Position numbers and translations under genes: made by a program. A DNA stretch of 64,000 bases from positions 68,262,001-68,326,000 of the forward strand of contig OY740786.1 of NCBI GenBank assembly GCA_963514005.1, in the 5' to 3' direction. The notes below the pieces were generated by a model. That model did no database searches. It had not been told where the DNA came from and was given only the letters and a program-made list of their open reading frames with translations. Below are positions 1 to 12,299 of the stretch, one piece after another (the stretch's first letter is position 1; the number at the start of each line of letters is the position of its first letter). The stretch comes from Raja brachyura (Eukaryota).

Positions 1-75
1 TAATCCCTCATCGTAACTCCTCATAAAATAAAGATCAAACTTCGAACAGGTAAGTTCTCGTTTAATCTCACTATT
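1..75 (+). mobile_element. 3' terminus of a second DIRS-family copy, cut by the window edge
   Basis: Near-identical to the reverse complement of 11812-11889 (3' end of the DIRS element) and to its ICR at 12041-12112. Confidence 0.8.
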
Positions 76-85
76 GCCTCAAGAT

Positions 86-1740
86 TTTAATTATCCAATA
101 AACTAAAAAGGGTAGCCTTCAGGTAGAGGAGGTGGAGAGGCTTTTCAGAGGACAAAAGAGCCGGAAATCTACAGGATCTGACAATGTTTCCCCCTCTACT
201 CTTAAGCTCTGTGCCAAACAGCTGGCACCAATCTATACAGACATTTTTAACAAGTCCCTGCAAACATGTACTGTCCTTGCCTGCTTCAAAGTCTCCACTA
301 TTGTCCCTGTACCCAAAAAGGCAAGGATTACTTATCTTAATGATTACAGGCCTGTCGCACTGACCTCTGTAGTCATGAAGACACTCGAAAGGCTCGTGCT
401 GGCCAAGCTGACAATTATCACAAACTCCCTGCTGGACCCTCGAAAGTTTTTTTATCGGGCCAATAGGTCTGTGGATGATGCAGTCAACCTGGTCCTGCAC
501 TTCATCCTACAGCACATAGACCGCCAGGGGACCTATGCGAGGATCCTCTTTGTTGATTTTAGCTCTGCATTCAACACCATTGTGCCAGAGCAACTACACT
601 CCAAACTTTCAGAGTTGACTGTGCCTGAACCCCTCTGTCAGTGGATCACCAACTTCCTGACAGACAGGAAGCAGCATGTGAGGCTGGTAAAGCACATCTC
701 GGACCCGCAAACGCTCAGCATTGGAGCACCACATGGCTGCGTACTCTCTCCTCTCCTATACTCTCTCTACACCAACGACTGCACCTCCACAGCCACTTCT
801 GTCAAACTTCTCAAGTTTGTGGACAACACAACCCTGATTGGACTGATCCAGGATGGGGAGGAATCTGCCTACAGACAGGAAGTGTCACAGCTGCCGTCCT
901 GGTGCCGTAGCAACAACATAGAGCTCAATGCTCTTAAAACAGTGGAATTGATTGTAGACTTTAGGAGAGCTCCCCCTCCCCTCACCCCACTCACCATCAA
1001 CAACACCACAGTCACATCTGTGGAGTATTTTAAGTTCCTGGGAACCATCATCTCCAAGGACCTTAAGTGGGGGGCTACCATCGACTCCACAGCCACAAAG
1101 ACACAACAGAGGATGTACTTCCTGCAGCAGTTGAGGAAGCACAATCTGCCACAGGTAATGATGGTCCAATTCTACACGGCCATCGTAGAGTCTGTTCTCA
1201 CCTCCTCCATCATGGTCTGGTTTGGTTCAGCCACCAAGCATGACTCCTGGAGGCTGCAGCGAATCATCCGATCAGCAGAGAAGATTATTGGCTGCAACCT
1301 TCTCTCTGTTGATGAACTGTACACTGCACGGGCCAGAAAGCGAGCGGGCAAGATCATCTCTGACCCCTCTCACCCTGGCCACAAACTCTTTGAATCACTT
1401 CCCTCTGGAAGGCGACTCCGGATTGGCAAAGCTGCCACAGCCAGACATAAAAACAGTTTTTATCCACGAGTAGTTGCTCTACTCAACAGCCAAAAATCTG
1501 TAGCCTCCCTTTGATCTGGTATTTTGTTGGTTCACATGCTTGATCAATGATGTTTTATCATTAATATCTTATTATTATTATTAATGTTTAGTGTTTTCTG
1601 AGTCATTCATAACTGTCACTGTATGTCATTTTGTTATTTGTGTGCGGAGCACCAAGGCAAATTCCTTGTATGTGAATACTTGGCCAATATACTTACTTAA
1701 TTACTTACTTACTAACTAACCTACTAAGTAACTAACTATT
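86..1740 (+). mobile_element. Rex1/Babar-type non-LTR retrotransposon, 5'-truncated; RT ORF 132-1514, probably inactive
   Basis: RT motifs [43 protein letters not shown] and a SFYP C-terminal motif. The catalytic FADD reads FVDN. (TTAC)n-like tail at about 1693-1740. Confidence 0.9.
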
Positions 1741-2175
1741 GTGCAGACATCCTTTTCGCTCCTCAATGGGATTAGACCCACTACAGCATCAATTGCATTC
1801 CCTGCTGAGAGTTGACTGCCTTCAATAAAGGACATTCTGTTTATAGCTCTCTGTTTATTGGCTTAAATGAGCAGCAACATAAAGGAGCCTATAAAATAGA
1901 CTAGACTAAGTGGGACCCGTCGGGTCCCATGTTCACACGGGAGGGCTGGTCCCCCAATGCAATATTCCACCTCTGCACCAATTCAAATATGGCCAGTGGG
2001 GGGGGGCTTTATGGAGTGCTAGTATGGGTGTTGTGGGCTGACAGGACTGGTTTGCAGAGGGCTAGTATAGATATTGTGGGCCGAATTGACTCAGTCACTC
2101 AAGCCTGGCGCGCTGGCAGCTCAATCACTCACTGCTGGTGGGCTGGCAGTTGACTCGTGGCTATTCATTGAAATT

Positions 2176-2431
2176 CCATTTCAAGCAGGGTGCAAGGCCA
2201 CCAAATTCAAGTGCAGTTTCTTACCACTTCAAGCAGGGTGCAAGGCCTCCAAATGCAAGTGCAGTTTCCTACCACTTCAAGCAGGGTGCAAGGCCACCAA
2301 ATTCAAGTGCAGTTTCATACCATTTCAAGCATGGTGCAAGACCACGAAATTCAAGTGCAGTTTCATACCATTTCATGAAGGGTGCAAGGCCACCAAATTC
2401 AATTCCAGTTTCATACCATTTCAAGCAGGGT
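2176..2431. repeat. 48-bp minisatellite, about 5.3 copies, inside the Helitron
   Basis: Unit CCATTTCAAGCAGGGTGCAAGGCCACCAAATTCAAGTGCAGTTTCATA starts at 2176, 2224, 2272, 2320, 2368 and 2416. Confidence 0.95.
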
Positions 2432-2776
2432 GAAAGCACCACAAAACACCACATAAAAACCACACTGACAGTTCAGTAGACATTCAGTGTGTTCAGTTGG
2501 TTCACAGCTCAGACAGTTGTAAACTCTCTCTCTCCCCCCCCCCCATCTTGCAGAGACTGAGGCATGTCCACACTTCCGGGTTATATAGACCCTCCCCCCT
2601 CCCACCAGAAGGGGCGTGGCCTTCATGGCGTGATTGACAGGAGAGAGAATCTCAACAATATTTAAACACTAATAACTTCTTTATTTTTCATTGATGGGAA
2701 AAATCCTCTGCACCTGATGAGCGGATGGGGACTCCGAGTAAAGATGGCCAAAAATCATAGCCATGAGTTTAGACTT

Positions 2777-3093
2777 GACCACTTTTTCAAATCCACCACC
2801 ACCACATTTGCTTAGCTTTTTCAAACCAATCACCACCACCACCATCACATTCACTTAGCTTTTTCAAACCAACCACCACCACCACATACGTTTAGCTTTT
2901 TCAAACCAACCACCACATCCGCTTAGCTTTTCAAACCAACCACCACCACCCACCACCACATTTGCTTTGCTTTTTCAAACAAACCAACCATCACCACATT
3001 TGCTTTGCTTTTTCAAACAAACCAACCAACCACCACCACATTTGCTTTGCTTTTTCAAACCAACCACCGCCACATTTGCTTTTTCAAACCACA
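2777..3093. repeat. Variable ~35-45-bp minisatellite inside the Helitron
   Basis: Repeated CACCACCACATTTGCTTAGCTTTTTCAAACCAAC-like units. Confidence 0.9.
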
Positions 3094-3965
3094 TTAAGGG
3101 CACTCACAGGTCAGTAAAACCACTCACAGTTTAGTAGATATGTGTTCAGTGTTATTCACAGCTCGGACTGAGAGTCGTGACTTGTCGCACCCCCATCCTG
3201 CAGTGACTGAGGCAGTCCACAATTCTGGGTTTTATAGTCCATCCCCTTCCCACTGGAATGGGCGTGGCCTTCACGGTGTGATTGACAGGAGAATCTCAAC
3301 ATTTTTAAAACATTAATAAGTATTTTATTTTTCATCGATGGGAAAAATCCTCTTGTACTGCGCAGCAGAGTGGGACTCTGAGTAAGATGGCCAAAAATCA
3401 CAGCCGTAAGTGGTAGCGTTTTTTCTAAAATCAATATGCAGTGCAAACAGGAAGTGGTCAAGATTTGAGTTTTAATTATATAGATATTAATATCAAGCTT
3501 GGTATTTTAGTACTTGAGAGAATAGGAGCACAGTGACTTCATGTGGAAGAAATAAAGAGTAAAGTCCACAAATTAGAGTGATGAAGATAGAAGATATAGC
3601 AAGGAGTTTGATCAGTACAAGTAGACACACCCATTCATCCTATATATGGAATGAGTGGACATGTTCTTCAGCGCAAACAATCTTTCAAGGTTCCAGGCTG
3701 TGTATATAGAATAAAGAAACAGGGTAATTGGTGATAAGTGGAAAGTAGATCAGGAGTGCCATGAGTATAGGCAGTTCTCTTGGCAGGGACAGGTATGGTG
3801 ATCAAAGCACGGGTAATAACATGCCAGCAATTTGTCAGCAGACTCTCTGACAGGGAATGTGTTATTTAAGCTGAAAGAGAAAACCTAGCAGTTAATTGCA
3901 GGATTTTACTGGGAATAGAAACATGCTGTCTACCGAAAGAAAAAGAGTAAACATCTCTGCCACTG

Positions 3966-4292
3966 CAGCGGCAAAGTGACACAGCTGGTAGAGCTGCTGC
4001 ATCGCTGTACCAGAGTTCAAATCTGACTTCGGGTGCTATCTGTATGTAGTTTGCACATTATTACTATGACCGCATGGGCTTCCTCTGGGTGCTCCAGTTT
4101 CCTTCCACATCCCAGAGATGTGCTAGTTTTTTGGCTCATTGGCCTCTCTAATTGGTCCCTAGTGTATACGGAGTGGATGCAAAAGTGGGTTCATGTAGAA
4201 CTTGTGTGAATGGGTGGTCTATGGTAGATGTTGACTCGGTGGGTCAAAGGCCTTGTTTCCATGCTGTATCTTTTAATAATCAATCAATCAAT
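3966..4292 (+). mobile_element. V-SINE (HE1-like tRNA-derived SINE)
   Basis: tRNA-like head, V-domain core (GTTTGCAC...GGGCTTCCTCTGGGTGCTCCAGTTTCC..CCACATCCC), CR1-like tail ending TGTTTCCATGCTGTATC plus (TCAA)n. Confidence 0.75.
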
Positions 4293-5579
4293 TGCATTAA
4301 TTCATTGAGTGTGATGTAGCAGCTTATACCTGAAGGGGAGATTGAAATCTCTTGAAGTGTCTCCATTGAGAGTGGGTGATATTAACAGATAGTTTATTGG
4401 GAGAAGTAAAGAACAAAGTAAAGGCCTTTCTTGAGTCATGGATTCACACTGCTAACTCTGGTGTCAGACAGTAAAGACAGGGTGCATAGACAGGTTGCTG
4501 CTGGTCAATGTGACAGGTAGACTGGGAAAATCAGGTTGGTACTGGACCCCAAGAAAGGGAGTTTGTGGAGTGCCTCCGTGATAGATTCTTAGAGCAGCTT
4601 GTGCTGGAGCCGACCAGGGAGAAGGCAATGTTGGATTAGTGTTGTGTAATGAACTGGATTTGATAAGGGAACTCGAGATAAAGGAGCCATTGGGAGGTAG
4701 TGACCGTAATACGATAAGTTTTAATTTACAATTTGAGAGGGAGAAAGGTAAATCGGAGGTGTTAGTATTACAGTTGAACAAAGGGGACTATGGACCCATG
4801 AGGGAAGAGCTGGCTAAAGTTGACGGGAAAGATACCCTCGCAGGAATGACAGTGGAACAACAATGGCAGGTATTTCTGGGGATAATACAGAGGGTGTAGG
4901 ATCAGTTCATTCCAAAGAGGAAGAAGGATTCCAAGGGGAGTAAGGGGCGACTATGGCTGACAAGGAAAGTCAATGACAGTATAATAATAAAAGGGAACAA
5001 GTATAATGTAGCAAAGATGAGCGGGAAGCCAGAGGATTGGGTAACTTTTAAAGAGCAACAGAAGATAACTAAAAAGGAAATAAGGGGAGAAAAGATGAGA
5101 TATGGAGGTAAGCTAGCCAAGAATATAAAGGAGGATAGTAAGAGCTTCTTTAGGTATGTGAGAGGAAAAAAAACTAGTTTAAGACCAAAGTTGGACCCTT
5201 GAACACTGAAAAAGGTGAATTAATTATGAGGAACTAGGAAATGGTAGACGAGTTGAACAGGTACTTTGGATCCGTCTTCACTAAGGAGGACACAAACAAT
5301 CTCCCTGATGTTCTAGTGGCCAGAGGATCTGGGGTGACGGAGGAACTGAAGGAAATTCACATTAGACAGGAAATGGTGTTGGGTAGACTGGTGGGACTGA
5401 AGGCTGACAAATCCCCAGGGCCTGATGGTCTGCATCCCAAGGTACTTAAAGAAGTGGCTCTAGAAATTGTAGACGCATTGGTGATCATTTTCCAATGTTC
5501 TGTAGATTCAGGATCAGTCCCTGTGGATTGGAGGGTAGCTAATGTCATCCCACTTTTTAAGAAAGGTGGGAGAGAAAAA

Positions 5580-6298
5580 ATGGAATGGAATGCCTTTTAT
5601 TGTCCTTCAAACAGCTTAGATTGAACAAAATTGCATTTTCTACAGTCTTAACAATTACAAAAAAACCCAAGACCCACACTTAACACACTTTACTCAGACA
5701 TCCATCATGGTGAATCTCCAACACCTCCTCACTGTGATGGAAGGCAAAAGTCTTATCTCTTCCCTTGTTCGTCCCCCGCCGTCCAACGGGGGACGATGGA
5801 ACCGGTGGACGATGGTAGGTCCCGCGGCCGTTAGGCCGTGCAGGGCGATGTTAGGCCTGGCTTCGAGTCATTTAAACCCCGCGGTTCCAGTGGGGGAAGT
5901 TGCTGGTGCGGGAGCTCCGAAAAGCGGTCTTCCACCAGGGACCTGCGATCTCCCGATGTTCCTGTCCACCGAGCCTGCGGACAGAGCCTCCGAAGCTCCA
6001 AAGTCGGGTCACAGCCGCACGCCACCGCAGCTCCCCCCGCGCCGAAGACGGACAGCTCCGCGATGGCAGATCCGCAGGTTCCGAGACTGGAGTGCTTAGA
6101 CCAGTTCCGGCCGGAGGCCGCCGCCAGCTCCACAATGTTAGGCCCAATGACATCGGGGATCCGACAGGGAAAAAGTCGGGTCCCCCATACAGGGAAGAGA
6201 TTTAAAACGTTTTTCCCCAACCCCCCCCCCCCCCACCTCCCACATATACACAGCTAAAAAAAAAAAAAACTAGAATCAAACATACATTTAACGAGCCA
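5580..6298 (-). mobile_element. GC/CpG-rich retroposed insertion (LINE 3' UTR or SINE-like) within the CR1
   Basis: Interrupts CR1 at GAGAGAAAA|ACAG; the uninterrupted site is seen in the sister copy at 19906-19920. Minus-strand end GACAATAAAAGGCATTCCATTCCA has a poly(A) signal plus microsatellite tail. Confidence 0.7.
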
Positions 6299-7225
6299 AA
6301 AACAGAGAATTATAGACTGATTAGCATGACATCGGTGGTGGGGAAGATGCTGGAGTCAATTATAAAATATGAAATAGCGGCACATTTGGATAGCAGTAGC
6401 AGGATCAGTCCGATTCAGCATGGATTTACAAAGGGGAAATCATGCTTGACTAATCTTCTGGATGTTTTTGAGGCTGTAGCTATGAAAATGGACAAGGGAG
6501 ACCCAGTGGATGTAGTGTACCTGGACTTTCAGACAGCATTTGATAAGGTCCCACATAGGAGATTAGTGGGTAAAATTAGAGCACATGTAGGGTGCTGACA
6601 TGGATAGAAAATTGGTTGACAGACAGGAAACAAAGAGTAGGGATTAACAGGTCCCTTTCAGAATGGCAGGCAGTGATTAGTGGGGTACCGCAAGGCTTGG
6701 TGTTGGGACCGCAGCTATTTAGAATATATATTGATTTAGATGAAAGGATTCAAAGTAACATTAGCAAATTTGCAGATGACAAAAAGCTGGGTGGCAGTGT
6801 GAACTGATAGGAGGATGCTATGAGGATGCAGGGTGACTTGGACAGATTGGGTGAGTGGGCAGATGCATGTCAGATGCAGTTTAATGTGGATAAATGTGAG
6901 GTTATCAACTTTGGTGGGAAAAACAGGAAGGCAGATTATTATCTAAATGGTGTCAAGTTGGGAAAAGGGGAAGTACAATGGGATCTGGGGGTCCTTGTTC
7001 ATCAGTCACTGAAAGTAAGCATGCAGGTACAGCAGGCAGTGACAAAAGCGAATGGCATGTTGGCCTTCATAACAAGAGGAGTTGAGTATAGGAGAAAAGA
7101 GGTCCTTCTGCAGTTGTACAGGGTCCTAGTGAGACCAAACCTGGAGTATTGTGTGCAGTTTTGGTCTCACAATTTGAAGAAGGACATTCTTGCTATTGAG
7201 GGAGTGCTGCGAAGGTACACAAGGT

Positions 7226-7365
7226 CGCCTTATTCTTGCCTTTGGTGTGCACAGCCTAAAGTTGTAGGACAACTTGTTCTATTGATCTTATTTGATTGTG
7301 CACGTCAGGTTGATTGCATTAGTTGAAACAGGGCGGATCACGTGAAGGTTGCAATCTCCCACCGT
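7226..7365 (-). mobile_element. Short retroposon with (AAG)n-type tail, nested in the CR1
   Basis: Flanked by GGT(A/T)CACAAGGT direct repeats; reverse complement matches 59591-59705. Confidence 0.75.
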
Positions 7366-7845
7366 GGTTCACAAGGTTATCCGGGATGGCGGGACTGTCA
7401 TATATTGATAGAATGGAGCGGTTGGGCTTGTATACTCTGGAATTTAGAAGAATGAAAGGGGATCTTATTGAAACATAAGATTATTAAGGGTTTGGACACG
7501 CTGGAGGCAGGAAACATGTTCCCGATGTTGGGGAGTCCAGAACCAGGGGCCACAGTTTAAGAATAAGGGGTTAGCCATTTAGAACGGAGATGAGGAAATA
7601 CTTTTTCACATGGAGAGTTGTGAGTCTGTGGAATTATCTGCATCAGAGGGCGGTGGACGCTGGTTCTCTGGATGCTTTCAAGAGAGAGTTAGATCGAGGT
7701 CTTAAAGATAGCGGATTCAAGGGATGGTGGGAGGGCAGGAACGGAGTACTGATTGTGGATGATCAGCCATGATCACATTAAATGGCAGTGCTGGCTTGAA
7801 GGGCCAAATGGCCTACTCCTGCACCCTATTGTTTATTGTCTATTG

Positions 7846-9440
7846 TCTATAAAAATGGATAAGTCTCCAGGTCCTGACAGGATATTCCCTAGGACATTGA
7901 GGGAAGTTAGTGTAGAAATAGCAGGAGTTATGACAGAAATATTTCAAATGTCATTAGAAACGGGAATAGTGCCAGAGGATTGGCGTACTGCGCATGTTGT
8001 TCCATTGTTTAAAAAGGGTTCAAAGAATAAACCTAGCAATTATAGACCTGTTAGTTTGACGTCAGTGGTGGGAAAATTAATGGAAAGGATACTTAGAGAT
8101 AATATATCTAAGCATCTGGATAAACAGGATCTGATCAGGAACAGTCAACATGGATTTGTGTCTGGAAGGTCATGTTTGACAAACCTTCTTGAATTTTTTG
8201 AAGAAGTTACTAGGGAAATTGATGAGGGTAAAGCAGTGGATGTTGTCTATATGGATTTCAGTAAGGCCTTTGACAAGGTTCCTCATGGAAGGTTGGTTAA
8301 GAAGGTTCAATCTTTGGGTGTAAATGGCGGAGTAGCAAGATGGATTCAACAGTGGCTGAATGGGAGATGCCAGAGAGTAATGGTGGATGGCTGTTTGTCA
8401 GGTTGGAAGCCAGTGACCAGTGGGGTGCCTCAGGGATCTGTGTTGGGTCCACTGTTGTTTGTCATGTACATCAATGATCTGGATGATTTGGTGGAAAATT
8501 GGATAAGTAAGTATGCAGATGATACTAAGATAGGTGGTGTTGTGGATAATGAAGTAGATTTTCAAGATCTACAGAGAGATTTGGGCCATTTGGAAAAGTG
8601 GGCTGAAAGATGGCAGATGGAGTTTAATGCTGATAACTGTGAAGTGCTACATCTTGGCAGGACAAATCAAAATAGGACGTACATGGTAAATGGTAGGGAG
8701 TTGAGGAATGCTGTGGAACAGAGGGATCTAGGAATAACTGTGCATAGTTCCCTGAAGGTGGAATCGTATGTAGATAGGGTGGTAAAGAAAGCTTTTGGTG
8801 TGCTGGCCTTTATAAATCAGAGCATTGAATATAGGAGTAGGGAAGTAATGTTAAAATTGTACAAGGCATTGGTAAGACCAATTCTGGAGTATGGTGTACA
8901 ATTTTGGTTGGCTAATTATAGGAAGGATGTCAACAAAATAGAGAGAGTACAGAGGAGATTTACTAGAATGTTGCCTGGGTTCCAGCAACTAAGTTACAGA
9001 GAAAGGTTGAACAAGTTAGGTCTTTATTCTTTGGAGCACAGAAGGTGAAGGGGGACTTGATTGAGGTCTTTAAAATGATGAAAGGGATAAACAGAGTTGA
9101 CGTGGATAAGCTTTTCCCATTGAGGGTAGGGAAGATTCAAACAAGAGGGCATGACATGAGAATTAAGGGACAGAAGTTTAGGGGTAACATGAGGGGGAAC
9201 TTCTTTACTCAGAGAGTGGTGGCTGTGTGGAATGAGCTTCCAGCAGAAGTGGTGGAGGCAGGATCAATTTTAATATTTAAAAGTAAAGTGGATAGGTATA
9301 TGGATGGGAAGGGAGTGGAGGGGTATGGTCTGAGTGCAGGTAGATGGGACTAGGGAAAAATAAATGGTCGGCATGGACTGGAAGGGCCGAGAGAGCCTGT
9401 TTCCGTGCTGTAATTGTTATATGGTTATATGGTTATATGT
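7846..9440 (+). mobile_element. Second, well-preserved CR1 LINE family, 5'-truncated
   Basis: RT open from about 7846 to 9048 (NYRPVSLTS, YMDFSKAFDKVPH, GVPQGSVLGP, KYADD), frameshifting into 9045-9353 (FFTQRVVAVWNELP). (ATATGGTT)n tail. Confidence 0.92.
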
Positions 9441-9529
9441 TACATGGTTGTTATATTCTGAATGGCCTGTCAAAGAAGAGCACTGCATCAATGATGCAAC
9501 AATTTCATAATATATTGGACTATTCACAC

Positions 9530-10262
9530 AAAGGGTGGTGGGTAGGTGGAACAAGCTGCCAGAGGAGGTAGTTGAGGCAGTGATTATTGCATTGTTTAAG
9601 AATCAATTAGACAGGTACATGGGTAGGACATGTTTGGAGGGATAAGGGTCAAAAGCAGGAACTAGTGGGACTAGTGAGATGAGACATGTTGGTCGTTCTG
9701 GGAAAGTTAGGCCAAAGGACCTGTTTTCACGCTGTGTGACTCTATGACTCTACTCACAGGCAGTTGAGAGGAGGATGTGATCACTTTGAACAAGAGGCGA
9801 TCACTTAGAGACATTTAACGAAATGTCCAGACCATCACGCAAACCGCCCTCCCTGTCATTGAATCTACGTACACCTCACAAGGCCACCAGCATAATTAAG
9901 GATGGGTCTCACACTGGTCACTCCCTCTTCTCCCCTCTCCCATCAGGCAAGAGGTACAGAAGTGTGAAAATGCATACCTCCAGATTCAAGGATAGTTTCT
10001 TCCCAGTTGTTATCAGGCAACTGAACCATTTTATCAACAACTACAGAGTGGTCCAGCCCTACCATCTACTTCATTGGAGGACCTAAGACTATATTTAATA
10101 GGACTTTATCTTGCACAAAATGTTATTCCATCCTGTAACTGAATACTCTGGGTGGCTTGATTGTAAACATGTATAATCTTATCATTGACTGGATAGCACA
10201 CAACAAAAAGCTTTTCACCATATCTCCGTATACATGACAATAATAAACTAAACTAAACTAAG
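9530..10262 (+). repeat. Old CR1 3' fragment followed by an old Rex1-like 3' fragment
   Basis: GGAACAAGCTGCCAGAGGAGG CR1 end; IIKDGSHTGHSLFSPLPSGKRYRS...DSFFP; AATAAA plus (CTAAA)n tail. Confidence 0.7.
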
Positions 10263-10619
10263 GTGGGAAGCAGTAGATTGAGCAATGGGTGTTGCATCAT
10301 CTGATAAAGAGTGCTTCATATGAAACTAACTACTTTTTTCTTTCCACAGATGCTGCCTGACCTGCTGATTGATTTGAGCATTCTCCATTTCTATTTCAGA
10401 TTTTCGCCTGCAGTGTTCTTCATTTTGTTTTTTGGCTGCATCTGGCAAAGCTGATACGGGCAAAGTTTGAGACTAGCTCTGGGAGAGAGCCGAGAGACTT
10501 CTAGTCTCCTGCTATTTACAGAACTGCTGAACGGACTGAATCAAGCATAGATTTAGCTGAATGGGATTTTCAGAATAGAGCAGTGGAAGAATAAGCAGAA
10601 GGGTGAAAATTAATATTGA

Positions 10620-11300
10620 GAAAAACCTTGCTTGAAATATTAAACCAACCAGGGAATGTTTAGATGGATATAAGGAGGTGCCCAAGATCGCCGTGGGACC
10701 TCTAGGGAACAAGTCTTGTGAATTAATAATGGGAAATAAAGAAATTACAGATATGTTAAATAAACTATTTTTTCATAGTTTTCACCATGGAGAATACTAT
10801 AAATATTCCTAAAATAAGAGATGTGCTTATTTCAAATAATAGAGAGGAGCATGTAAAGATCCTGGTCTCAAAGGATAAAGTATTAGGGAAACTAATGGGG
10901 CTATAGGGAGACAAATGATTGTGACCCATTGGCCTACACCCAAGAGTTTTAAAGGAAGCGGACTCCGTAATCAAATGAGGGCCTGGGGTACTCCACTGGT
11001 TACATTTGTTTTCTAAATGATAGCCAGTTTTCAATCAATGCTAACACACTTCCTCCAATATCTTGGGCTTACTTATTTACCAGTCAATATGTGGAACCTT
11101 GTGGACTGCCTTTTGGAAATTTAAATACAGCTGAAACCCTCTAATCCGGGCATCATTCTGGGAAACCTTTTCACCCTCTCCAAAGCCTCCATGTCCTTCC
11201 TTCAATGGGATGACCTGAACTGCACACAATACTCCAAATGTGGCCTAAACAAAGGCCTACAGAGCTGCTTCATGACTTCCTGACTCTAATATTCATTGCC
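10620..11300. repeat. Degraded CR1 fragments, + strand then - strand
   Basis: Similarity to CR1 5170-5460 (+) and to the reverse complement of the CR1 RT/C-terminal region (GAACTGCACACAATACTCCA). Confidence 0.6.
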
Positions 11301-12299
11301 CCTTACTGAAGGATTCTGACAGCTGCATGCAAGTTCAGGGTTCAGATCTGCGCTCTGCTGCTAATTCCCTGACTATGCTCCATTGCTGGAATCTGCAGTC
11401 AGATGCAGCAGAAGCTTGCTGAGATTTCCAAGGTAGGCTTTCTTACGCAGATTCTGAGGCAGGTTAGACTTGGCACAGAATCGATGACCCTGGTTATCTG
11501 AATGACGATTCAATCTTGCCTTTGCTACACCGTGACTAACTTGCACTCTGCCATGATTGAGAGTAAAGATAATCACCTGCTGGATGCCTTTATCTGCCAC
11601 CATTCATGTGTTCATGTGTATAGGAGTAAATAGAAAGGTCACGCGGAGTTGGTGTTTGAAGTAACAAGTGATTTATTAAAACTGGTGCGCATCAGGAGAC
11701 CAGCGAAAGCTGAACTGCCTAGTACGACTTTGTTACAGCTTCTATATTCTCAGTTGACAAGATTACACAGAAATTTGATCAACAGTAAAACGAGGTCTTG
11801 ATTACAGAATAAAATAGTAAGATTAAACGAGAACTTACCAGTTTGAAGTTTGATCATTATTTTATGAGGAGTTACGATGAGGGATTACATGAAGAAGGCC
11901 ATCCCCACGCATTCGCGTCAATCTTGAAAGCAACGGTGTGAAGTCACAGATAACCGTTGTTGAACTAACATAGTAAGATTATAGATAACTAGAACTACCA
12001 GATGATCATTAAGTTACGAGGGTAGGGAGCGGAAGGCACGTAATCCCTCAACATAACTCCTCAAAAAATAATGATCAAACTTCAAATTGGTAGGTTCTCA
12101 TTTAATCTTACTTCGGAGTCACGTGAGTGACTACGTGAAGACTTTGAAGGTCTGTGATTTCATGCCGAGGAATGAATCCATGCATCACAGCTGCATCAAT
12201 TGACAAGGACGAGTAAGAAAAATGAATGCATTCAAACATTACATTTTTTAACAATAGTAATGGTTTAATAACAGAAAGAAAAACAAACAGTGACCCCTC

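Larger units (their letters stand above)
1901..3484 (-). mobile_element. Non-autonomous Helitron
   Basis: On the minus strand it begins A|TCTATATAATTAAAA (3484) and ends CTAG|T (1901). GC palindrome GGGACCCGTCGGGTCCC at 1912-1928, 11 nt from the terminus. A|T insertion with no TSD. Confidence 0.85.
4440..7848 (+). mobile_element. CR1 LINE, 5'-truncated and frameshifted, with two nested insertions
   Basis: ORF fragments EPLGGSDRN, KSPGPDGLHPKVLKE, QHGFTKGKSCLTNL, DVVYLDFQTAFDKVPH, GVPQG, KFADD, LVRPNLEYCVQFW. (CTATTGT)n tail at 7825-7848. 5' boundary approximate. Confidence 0.9.

Noticed and set aside
2074-2479. Repetitive ORFs of 113-119 aa
   Set aside because: Products of the 48-bp (3n) minisatellite inside the Helitron; no coding evidence.
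2176-3093. Regularly spaced repeats superficially like a CRISPR array
   Set aside because: Head-to-tail units without unique spacers, eukaryotic context, no cas genes.
5707-6257. Several overlapping ORFs on both strands
   Set aside because: Expected from high GC content; no recognisable protein motif.
7753-9048. 431-aa ORF as a gene with a novel N-terminus
   Set aside because: Chance fusion of the 3' UTR of one CR1 with the truncated RT of the next.
11616-11811. Possible minus-strand solo LTR interrupted by DIRS
   Set aside because: TG start and TTTATT present, but no convincing CA end or TSD beyond 17165.
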